Source: Vitrella brassicaformis CCMP3155
Taxonomy: Eukaryota > Protista > Chromerida
Reading direction: 5' to 3'
Assembly (NCBI GenBank): GCA_001179505.1
Contig: CDMY01000305.1
Location: forward strand, 434,001 to 498,000
Length of the DNA stretch: 64,000 bases
Program-made: the position numbers and the translations under genes
Part shown: positions 51,401 through 62,046 of the stretch, piece after piece
How positions within the stretch are numbered: position 1 is the first letter of the stretch
How the letters are laid out: every line of letters begins with the position of its first letter
Notes under the pieces: generated by a model
What the model was told of the DNA's origin: nothing
Seen by the model: only the letters and a program-made list of their open reading frames with translations
Databases searched by the model: none

Positions 51401-51657
51401 GGCAAAATCGAAAAGGACATGGCACAACTGCAGGTCACAACCCCACACACGCATACACATCCACCCACAGAGCCGACAAGACGACTGCGTCTCTCTCTGT
51501 GTATGTGTATCTAGGAGTTGGCGACGGACCAGATCATGCGTCTGACTTTCATGACGATGGAATTCTTGCTGCTGCGCGACCCCTGCAGCGAAGACATGGC
51601 CATCGAGTGCATCCAACAGAGCGACCACCACCACACACACGACACCATCACCATGTG
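48499..51657 (+). CDS. Low-complexity protein with N-terminal FG-like repeats, a basic Pro-rich middle and a short C-terminal coiled coil (possible divergent nucleoporin)
   Basis: GGLFGSKPSSLFGN, GFFAAG, SLFAA, GLFAAAFGGGFG, KLFSG and ALFGG. An NLS-like KRPLGDE..IKRPK follows. The exons join in phase through the GTAATA donor at about 50437. The start is approximate. Confidence 0.5.
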
Positions 51658-51799
51658 ATAACATGACACAATGCGTGACACAAAACCTACAACACATGAG
51701 AGAACACCCATAAGCGACACAGACAGACAGACAGACAGACAGAAAGGCTCGAAAGAGTCCAGTGGTGGTGCACGTGGTTGTGAGTGGTTGTGTCTGCGC

Positions 51800-52618
51800 G
51801 TGAGGTGCGTGTGGGTTGGACTGCCAAGGCATCATATCATGCCGAGTGAGAGGACTCTTCAAGGACTCATGGACGTACACGGATGCATGACATGACGTGA
51901 ATGCGCGTGTGCCTGTGCCTGTTGAAGAGCTTATTTGGGTACGTCGTCAACCTTTCATCATATATATACAGATCGTGTGCACGCGTCGGCAGTATGCTGT
52001 GCTGCCATGTGATGTCCCTGTCTGCCAGGGCCCTCTCGTCAACCCACATGCAGGCAACGCGAGAGGCGCCTGGCGGACATCGGATTCACAGCACGCACCA
52101 CCACCTCAGTGCGTAGCTCAAAGGTAGGTACATCATCAATCTCGGGGTCACAGATACACACGTGCGAGCATTACACAGTCGCACCCATCCCGTCTAGATA
52201 GTCTATCTAAGATGGTCAGCGTGCCCCTCTCGCAAGCACCAGCCTGGCCATGAAGGGAGGAATGCGATCAGCGTCCTCGAGACCCTCACCCTGACAACAC
52301 ACGCACGTCATTGACCACACGAGCCGTACGTATCTGAACAGCATGCCCTGCGAAGCTCACCCTCTCATCAAAGTCCGTCCGCACCAGCGCATACCGCCGG
52401 CTGCCGTGGCCCTTTGCCAGCGTCATCTGGAACACCGTGCATCGGTTCTCGGTGGTCGAGCGCAATGTGAATGTGCCGATATCGTCATATTGCTGGGGCT
52501 GGGGGGGTGGTATCGCTCGAGAGGGGACGGGGGCCACTGGCGATGCGGACGGCGATGGGAGGGGGGGAGGGAGACGGGGCGACGGTGTGGCAGCACCAGG
52601 GGAAGAATCTGCCGACAT
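51800..52618 (-). CDS. Short hypothetical protein (tentative exon chain)
   Basis: ORF MSADSSPG..YDDIGTFTLRSTTENRC..VRTDFDER followed by a GTGAGC donor. Further exon-like blocks include ACMWVDERALADRDITWQHSILP. Confidence 0.35.
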
Positions 52619-52811
52619 TAATGAAAGAGAGAGGGAGAGAGATCACCATTGGATCGATGCACCGATGCGTGGTCTGACTGTGTCGCTCGAAATCGACTTT
52701 CCACCCGAGCAGCGTTTTGATGCCCTCACGATACGCCCTGACGACAACACCAGATCGGACAAGATCGAATCAGATCAAATCTGCCTGTCCGCCCTCTCCA
52801 TCTCTAGGTTC

Positions 52812-55320
52812 TCACTGCATGGTGTTCTGGTATTGCGTGTTTCTTCGTTTCTCTTGATCCACTCGTCTGCGACATTCGTCCAGGTCCTCTTTGAGCGACC
52901 GCACCTGGTTTGTCAACGACTCCCTCTCCTTCTCCATACGCACCTGCACACACATAGGGTATGACAGGCAAATGGTGCCGCTGTCTGTCTGTCTGTCTGT
53001 CGTGTGCGCGTCGCGTACTGTGTCTTTGTTGCCGGAGTGGCCGTCAGTGCCTTTGCTGTGTGGTGCTCGGTCGGGGTCTGGGAAGGAGGGGCTGCCCTTG
53101 AGGCGGGAGCGCTCCTCTGCATAAGCTGCATGCGATGGTCGGGCGGCATCGGTGTCGGCCCCTGCCAGTGATCTTGCCTCGCGCAGCTCCTGATGGACGC
53201 ATGGATAACATTTGCCACGTTTCACCCTGCCTACATCGGTTTCAGTCCTGCACCTGTTGCAGCCGCTTGTTCTCTTGTTCCAACTCGGCGATCCGTGACC
53301 TGTCGCGAGCGCTATGCGGGGGCTGACATGAGCGACGGGGAGATGACATGCCAATATGTATGGGCCCACATGTGCCTGCCTTGTGTGGATGGCTCATGCA
53401 TTACCTGCTGGTCGGCTACGACGCGTGTGCCTCGAGAAGGCGACCTGTCCTTCTGCCTGGCAAACACACACAGATGGACGGACCATTGATTGGACGGTGT
53501 CCTGTGTGTGTCGGCAGCTACATGCCTACCGCTGTCTTTGCGTCTGTTTGAGGTCCTCGCGCAGCCTCTGCATCTCACGCTCGTGAGCTGATATATGGAC
53601 AGATCCAGACAGAGGTCAGTCGAGCATGGAATACCGCCGGATGGATGCTTTCCAAGGCCTTTGCTTTGGTACCTCTTGCCTCCTGCTTGGCGGCCTCCGT
53701 GAGGCGCTGCGTGCACACGAACGAAAAGAACAAGAAGATGAAGAACACGACACTTACACTAGGTACCTAGATACCTTTCTGTCCTCCTCGTATCTCTTGG
53801 CCTCGGCCTTTCGCTGGTGGATAGATACCAACACAGACAGCACACATAATGACATCATGTGGTCTTCCCGGGTCGGTGTATATCACATCACCGACCGACA
53901 CACCCTGTCTATCTCTTCTTGCAGCCTGCGGTCGGCGTCCTGAAGCTCAGCGATGCGATCATTTGTCCGACGGTCGTCCGCCGACGGAGCCTGCATGGCA
54001 TGCATACGCACAAGAACAAACACCTTGGTGTTGATATGATGCAAGTGTGTTGTCAGTCACCTGTTCTAGTTTCTTCTGCAGGTTTGCGTATCTCTGTTTG
54101 TGCTCTTCCGCCAGCTCCTTCTCGAGCACCAGCTCCTCAGCCTTGGCGGCACACTCAGACCTGCAGGAAATACATACCCGCCCGCCACAGACCAAACGAA
54201 CCGCCACGTCACGCGTACTCATGTGGGTGCCTGCCTGTGCATCCGTACTGACTTGGCCTCGTCGTGTTCCTGCTGCAGGAGGTTCATCTGCGCCTCGAGA
54301 GAACAACACTCTGCACACACGACAGACACCTCTCACGTTCGCGTGCTGTCGATTGATTGCATCGCTTGGCTGAGTGTTTAGTTACTTGATCTCAGCTGAG
54401 TGAGTTCCTTCCTCATGTGGTCGGATTGCTCCTTGGCCCGCTGCTCAGACTCCGCCCGCGCCCTCGCCTCTCGGCTCGTCACATCCTGCCTGCGGACCGG
54501 GCACACATTTGGCGATATGATTACACGCAGGAATGGAATGTAGGCTGTGCAGTTGTGTCGTGCATTTGCGTAGCTTACGAGTGCCTGAGCTCCTCTACGA
54601 GCGACTCTTGGCGTGACGCATGCTGTTTGACACACAGGCATGGGCAGGTGACCTACGCGCTTACACGTCTGTGTATGAGTGCCGGCTGCCCACCTCTTGC
54701 GCCTCCCTGAGGCTGGTCTGCAGCTCCCTCACTCGCCCTTCCAGCTCGTCACACCTCGACTCATATGGACGATGGCGCTCCAACTCGGCCAGCGCATCTG
54801 CACAGAGAATGTTGATCAACACAATGCACATACAATACACAGACGGGCGTGCGTACGTACCATCTCTCTCTCTGATGACGTCCTGGTGCCTTCTGCCGTT
54901 GCGCTGCATCTGGGCGATTGCATCGCGGGCATCGGCAAGGCTCAGATAAGGAGCTCTCTCGCGCAACTCTGACAGCTGAACACAAGACATCCACACGCAC
55001 ACACACGGGATCATCGTGCTTGTGGAATTCTGCTGTTTGTTGACTACGTCTTGGGAGCTGAATTCATCGACGCAGTTGACAATGTCCTCGAGTGATCGTC
55101 GTAGGCTCCTCGTCTCCCATGCGCTCCCAGGCCCGCCAGACGGCGGCCGCATCGCAACAAACAGCGGCAACACACGTGGCAACACAAATTGCTGAGGTGC
55201 GATGCTCGCGGCGACCGAGGATTCTTTCAAGTGCTGTATACCATTAAGCCCTAGTACCTCCGCCAAAAGCTTGCAATCATCCCAAGGGCCGTTGAATGAC
55301 CGTTGGTGCACCGAACTCAT
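52812..55320 (-). CDS. Long coiled-coil hypothetical protein
   Basis: Heptad-rich exons such as CDELEGRVRELQTSLREAQE, EELVLEKELAEEHKQ and LTNQVRSLKEDLDECRRR. The true start may be the downstream MRPPSG at about 55152. Confidence 0.6.
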
Positions 55321-58300
55321 GGAGGAGGCCCTAGACGTCCCTCCCTACTCGCCTGATGGTCTCAGGCCTGCAGCGTACTTCTTCAAGTTTCTCGTACGCT
55401 CACAGATTCATCCACGCACACGTCTGTCTGTCTGTCTGTCTGTCTGTGTCTGTATGCGCGCACACAGGCCCGTGAGTCCATCCTTGGCAAGGCTGCGGTG
55501 GACAGCGCCGCCAAGAGAAAGGCACAGGAGGCAGAGGCGACGGGGCAGATGACACTCACTGGGCTTAAAGGGACCGCTCTGCAGGCCGCTGAAGGACGGG
55601 AGGCATGGATCATGGCGAATCGCCTGTAAGGTTCCGAAGGGATGCGCTTATTCTGTATGTATGGTGGCTGTTTTGTTGTGTGGTCAGGTATGTGTGGATT
55701 CCCGACACGATAGTGTTCAACGATGTGGGGAGGCAGGGGGGCATGGAGCAGCCGCCGCCGAGATGGTACTACTCCAACACTTCAGGACAGCTCACCTACT
55801 CTACCAAAGTCAGCACGTGACACCCAGTTACACAGAGACAGACAGACAGACAGACAGACAGACGGAGAGACAGACGGAGAGACAGACGGAGAGACAGACG
55901 GCAGCCTCATAATGATTCTGCCCCTGTGCATGGTCAGTTCAACCTCGAGACGATCCTCAGCAATCTGTCCAGAGGCACTTCGGGGCCCACCGCGCCCATA
56001 GCAGTGGTCAAGAAGATCGCCAAGAGCGCCACGACATTCCCCAAGGGTTGTGCGAGCCAGCTGATGACGGTGCACCAGCTGTCCAACTTCCTGCAGGGGG
56101 TCAAGGGCGCCACGGACCTCACCATCTGTGTGCAGAAGTTCATACCACCGCACGGCAGGAAAGCCACACTGCTCAGGTAAAAGGGACACAGAGAGGGAGA
56201 GGGGCATGACCTCCATGTAAATGAGCGTATCGATTTCTACCGGCCGCTCTCCTTGTTCTATTGTCAGGTGCAACTGGAGACGGGAACTCCCACCACAAGG
56301 TCTGTTCTCATCTTGTCTCTTTTCCGCCATCCTCTCCTTGTCCATCTGTCCCAACGATTCAGGCTGGTATCTCACAAATGGCTATTCTCTGAGCGAGCGG
56401 CGAGTGCCGCCATCAGCGAGGCTTCTGGTGTCGCTCAATCCCATCAAGGAGGTGGCGCAGAAGACGAGCACAGTAGGGGAGGCCGGGGAGGGTGCGGGGG
56501 GTGACGAGAGGAGGAAGGTTGCCGAGAAGAAGGTCGAGGTCACGCCTGCATACACGGCGGCCCTGCAGGAACCTACAAAGATACTCCAGAGTGAGACAGA
56601 CAGGGAGACAGGGGGAGAGGGTGGAGGGTTTCCGCCACCCTTTCTGTCCCCATATTGTGTGGTGGGTGTCATTACAGGAATTGCTGACTATGTGGGTCGT
56701 GTGTGCGGTCTGCGCTTCGATGAGCTCATGGGCGACTTCATCAAAGACAGCGCAAAGCAACTCTGGCTCATACAAGTAACCACACACAAACCCCCCCATT
56801 CACACCCACCCAGTCACTCCTCACACTGCCAGGTAAAGGCCTTCCGTCTGGTCGCCTCGCCCTACACCCAGCCGTCCATCGCATGTGAAGACTCGGCCAT
56901 GCTGGAAGAGGAGGATTATCACGCAGCGGGTGACAGGGAGGGGCGGGAGGGTGGGAGGGGCAAAGGCATTCCTGGCGATCGCAGCGAGCCGTTGCAGTGG
57001 CGGTGCGGCTTCTGCAAATGTGAATACAGGCTGGATGTGAGTAGGGCGGGGTGGGAGGGAGGAAGACATGGTCGACGTGTCTTCTCAATGCAATGCAGAA
57101 GTTGGCGTATCGGTTGACGCCTTCGATGGTGCTGAGATCGCAGGACCTGCTCAGACACATGGGCAGGTACTGATGTACACGCAGACACCCATAGAGACGC
57201 GTACTGTGTGTGTGTGTGTGTGTTGGACGGCATGACATGGCCTGCAGGCCGCTGTCATGGTATGAGGAGGAGCTGCAGTCGGCGTCAAGGCTGTCTGAGA
57301 AAGAAATATATCGCATGCAGAGGTGAGGCGTGGCAGGCGCAACACCATATGCATTTCAGCACCTGCTGCCATGTCTGTCTCTCTGAAGGGCGTGTCAGGC
57401 GTGTTACCGCCTCCACAGCGCCCTGCAAGTAGCCAACCACCATACCGTCAATCCACTGGCGGGCCCATATGCCTGTCTCCTTTCTGTTGTCCTACAGGAG
57501 CTAGAAGAGGTGGAGCTTCTCTTCCACACCCGGCTGGGCCTCCCCATTCCCCGCACCCCGCAGCACAGCGGACCGCCGCCACAACTCTCACCCAGGAGAA
57601 GACAACAACATCAGGCAGCCGCAGCCGCACCACAGCAGCCCGGCTCTTCCTGCCTGTCTCTCCCGGCCGCAGTGGCAGTGGGGCCTCTGACGTATACAGA
57701 GATCATGGCACACCACCCCGCACTCAGGGGGGGCTGGAGGGATAGAGATCGCGACACCCCACAAGAGATGGATCACGATGCGGACACTGAGGCGGCCCCG
57801 GCACGTGCAGTGCACATCCGCACGAGAGAGGACATCGAGGGCGGCGACAGTGTGGCCAAGAGGCAGAGAAGGAAAGACCAGCAGCAGCGGGGTGGCGGGG
57901 GTGGTGGGAAGAGGGAGAGGCGTGTCCTGGGGTGGGTAAGCGGGGGGCTCGCCAGGAGCTATAGAGGCTTAGTTGAGGGAAGAGGCAGACACACTCAGAT
58001 GGTCGGTGAGTGACAGACAACACATACACTAAGCCTGAATATCCGTTTGTGTCTGTGTGCGGGGTATTTCAGCACAGCGACGGTCTGTTTCCCTCGGCGG
58101 CCATCTCATCAGGCTGGGAGAAAGACCTCAACCTCCCCGACCTCATCACAGCCACACACGCCGCCACGCAGCCTCACACACAAGCCCCATCGGCAGCAGC
58201 AGCAGCAGCGGCGGTAGGCCGGCCATCCTTCTCCCTCTCACCAGGTCTCTCCCCAATGTCGGCAGAAGCCCCCGACTCGCCCAAAGCGCTCATGCGGCGA

Positions 58301-59760
58301 ATGATGAGCGACATGAGACTGGCGAAGGAGAAGGATGGACCCCGGGGCAGTGCCGACAGTGGAGATTCCCGCGTTGCTGATATTGTGGCGGGGGGCCGGA
58401 GGGGCAGTGTGGCTGTGGGAGGGGGTGGTGGTGGTGGTGGTGCGCAGCTGATGAGTGTGGTCGTCAACAGGGGCGTGACGAGTGAGGCCGGGTCGACCGC
58501 CAGGATGATGATGAGATACAGACTGTTCATTCTCCTGCAGGTACGCATTTATGCATCTGTCTCTCTCTGTCTTTCTATCTACCATTATCTGTGTGTCGTG
58601 TCGTGTGTGCCTCAGGAGCTCCGGAGTGTCCCAGCCGAGTACATAGCGACCCTCAAAGCACGACGGCAGTGTACGCTCCAGTTCCGCCTCTTCGGGCTCA
58701 CACACATCGTCCCCCTCACCCACCATGCCCCCGTCCTACACTCACAGGACCAGCAGCAGACGGACCAAAGACGAGAGGGCGACAAAGAGGGCGAGAAAGA
58801 GGGAGGGGGAGAGGGAGAGGGAGAGAGGCGGCGGACCATCGGGCGGTCGGACGTCCTGGGGACACAGCCCGTCAACTGCATGCGGATCGCGTATTTCTTC
58901 TCGCAGAATCCGAAGCGGCTGATGACGTTTGTCCATAAGATGAAGAGCCTTAACGTCACTTTCTGCTGGCGCAACCAAAGGTGAGCGTGTGTGTGTGTGT
59001 GTGGATGTCGCTCATTCATGTGCTGGCTGATCCGTGTGTCTGTGTGTGTGTGTGTGTGTGTCTGTGTGTGTGTGTGCATTATACAGGCTGGGTACGTGCA
59101 GCTTAGCCCTGCAGCCGTGTTGGCGGAAGTCGATCAGCCGGCAGAACATCCTCCACCCCTTCACCGGCACCCCCAGCAACCTCGCCACTCTCCAACTCAA
59201 GGTCACCCCCTCCACCAAGCCCATCCACACACAACACAACCATGTCTCCCTCTCCCTCTGTGTGCGTGTGTTGTGTGCAGGCAGTGGTAGGCGCGACGAG
59301 TGGTGTGATAGAGAACGTGCAGCCTTTATCAGTGAAGCTCTACCGCGGCGTGTTCGTGCCCTCCCCCTCCTACACCGCCCCCGAGCCGCTGCCGCCCGTC
59401 TGGCTGGAGATACTCTCCCAACACACCACCACAACCGCCACAGGCAACAAGAGCAGCGCTGCCGACAGCAGCACCGGCCAACCACAGCAGCAGCAAGACG
59501 AAGGTAAAGGAGACAGGGAGGATGAGTACGGTGCGTTTATCAGGCAGGAGAGTGACAGTGATGTTTCTAGTGACGACGGCGATGGGGAAGATGCCGTTTT
59601 GACCAGAGGGGAGGGGGAGGGAGAGGGGGATGCTGTGCACATGGCGACGGCCGCGCCTTTGCTGTCGGTGTATGAGAGTCATCCGTACAATAGAGACACG
59701 CACATTGAGGCCGGCATGGACCTGTTGAGACATATCGAAGAGACGGGCAAGGGCAGATGA
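55319..59760 (+). CDS. Hypothetical protein with a degenerate ATP-grasp-like region and CxxC motifs
   Basis: Exons WIPDTIVF..RWYYSN, ICVQKFIPPHG, LMGDFIKDSAKQLWLIQ|VKAF, CGFCKCEY and VCRVCYRL. Confidence 0.55.
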
Positions 59761-60030
59761 TGTGCTGTGTGGCTGATTCTGATGGGTCATGGCCTCTCTC
59801 TTTGATGTGACTGATCTGTGCCGATGGATGGATGGATCTATAGATGGACGTTTGCAGCCAGCGGCGATAGGCCGGTGTGTGGCTGATTTGATTGATGGGC
59901 AGTGACTCCACCGACCGATCGTTATGAATGTCAACCCATATGGCATATATGTATGATGTCTGTGTCATGAGGACAAAACCTGCACCACGCACACACCCAC
60001 ACATCACATACGCATGGCCAACATCTTGAC

Positions 60031-61930
60031 TCAAGGAGTGATAACCAAGGCAGTCGCTGCCGCGGATACCCAACCATCAATGAGAGCAATCGCAACCAAG
60101 ACGGAAAAAGTGAGACACACCATACCCAGCAAAACCACCGCTTCTGTTCCGCTCTTCGATTTTTTGGAAGCGACATCGAGCAGGTGTTCTTTTCGCTCCA
60201 TGATGGCCAGGTAGCGGTGAGCGAAAGGAACTTGAGCAACACTGATGGAGACACATGTGGCCAGGAGCCGTGCGGCGGTCAGACCGGCCAGAAGCATGCC
60301 CTTCGTGCTGCTTAGGGCTGTGCCGATCCACACGCCAATCAGCGCCAGCATTAGTCCATAACCCCAGAACTTGGTCCATCTGACCCCAAAAACTCTATCC
60401 AGCAGAAGCCTAAAGCCACCTTGGATGAGGTAGCCGCAGACAATCAGCTTGTTGCCAAATTCGGGGAGCTCTTGCCACTGCATAGAATTGGACCGAGAGC
60501 CGGGCCCGACCACTGCAGCGATCGCGACTGAAGTGATGACGATGTTGAGGCAAGACAAGGCCGCAAAACATAGGGAATCTCTGAAACATGCCCAGTGGGG
60601 CTCTCTCGCACAAAGCCGGTCCTGGGGCGGCTTGCTGACGACACAACGAAGGCGACAGACAGCTGATGCAGCTGATGCTCGTTCGTCAGTCTGTGTGCGC
60701 TATTTTGTTGCTTAAGCTCTGCAGTCGGCGCACTGGTAGTGTGCTGCATGAAGCGACAGAGAGAGGAGACACACAAGGAAAGGAAGATTGAGAGAACTAT
60801 GGGCCAACTCCCCTCACCTGGCAGAAAGTAGGTTGTCAAGTGCCGCTCGACAGCCGGCCGACGCCGCCATACAGCCATCAATGCCAGCAGAGACGAGAAC
60901 GTAAGCACGATAAAGCCGGTACAGCCCAAGAAAGCAGGTATGACGGCCAATACTCTCGACAAACAACATGCCGCCGCCAAGCTATGCGAAGACTGAAGGA
61001 GCCCATACAGCACACACAGCAGCTGGCGACCCGCCTGCTGCAGCACGTTTTGGCCACGCTGCATCGTAAGAAGTCGGCGGCGCATGCTGAAGTGGTCATG
61101 CGCCTTCAGGCTGATCGGAAGCAGCACCACAAAGCCGCAGACAAACAAGAGGGCAAACTCAGGGTCCCTCCAGGCCGATCCATCGGCTCCCAAGCAAAAT
61201 GCCAGCGACAGCAGCAGAAGGACGCCCCAACGCAGCTGTCGGCCGCTGACACACTGGGGATGTTTAGCAACCAGACACTCCAACAGATAGGAACTCAGGT
61301 ATATCAACGCTGGGCCGGGGAAGTACGTGGAGATCTCCACATCATCGGCGGCCCAGCGTGAGAATGAGAACGACAACAACGGCCTGAGTTTGGGAATGGC
61401 AGAGCCCCACAGTACTCTCCACCACAGGGCCACGAATGGCACAACCCATAGGCAAAGCATCTGGCAAAGGGCGTCCCAGCGGGTTGTTGTTCGCCCCTGG
61501 GGAGTACCGCCCAGCCAGGACTCGTCGTGCTCACTGCCACGACCCACAAACAGTGCAGGTAGAGTCGTCTGTCCCCGTGGTTCAGTTGGTGGCCTCACTT
61601 ACCTCTGGCAGATCTCACAGCTGGTCGGCCGCTGACCTGCACAGACCAGCAAAGCCATCCATTCCACACCATGGGCATCTACTCTACACATCTTGCCCGT
61701 TGTCTGCAGCCTCTGCTGCCGAAATGCCTCCAAACAGCCCGTGTGGACAAAACCTGCACGTGACAGGGATGGAAACGCCCAATGGCATGCATTAGGTGAT
61801 CATATGAGATCAGGCAGGCAACCTTACGCACGGTGCCGCGACAGCTGCAGGGCGAAACCAGGAGGCCTGTTTCGGTGGACTCCTCCCTATCGCCACAGAT
61901 GCGGCACGCGTCATCAAATCCGGGATGCAT
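60031..61930 (-). CDS. RING-CH (RINGv, MARCH/DOA10-type) E3 ubiquitin ligase with multiple TM helices
   Basis: The spliced N-terminus CRICGDREESTETGLLVSPCSCRGTVRFVHTGCLEAFRQQR..CEICQ is a C4HC3 finger. Many hydrophobic segments follow. One internal exon junction near 60700-60820 is unresolved. Confidence 0.85.
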
Positions 61931-62046
61931 CAAACAGCTGTTTCTGGGATTCTAGATCTCTTTCTGGCCAGGGCCAGGAGACGGCCCGCTTCTTTCTGAT
62001 CTCGCCCATCGTCCTTTCCCCGTGTGTTGTGGCGTTTTAGCTCCAG

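Noticed and set aside
55318-55321. Second shared CATG start for two divergent ORFs
   Set aside because: The first 56 minus-strand codons look UTR-like and a downstream Met (about 55152) is available. CATG palindromes make such overlaps likely by chance.
19690-61930. Three ubiquitin-pathway genes (F-box, RING, RING-CH) as a functional cluster
   Set aside because: They are widely spaced and interleaved with unrelated genes. These families are large, so co-occurrence is expected by chance.
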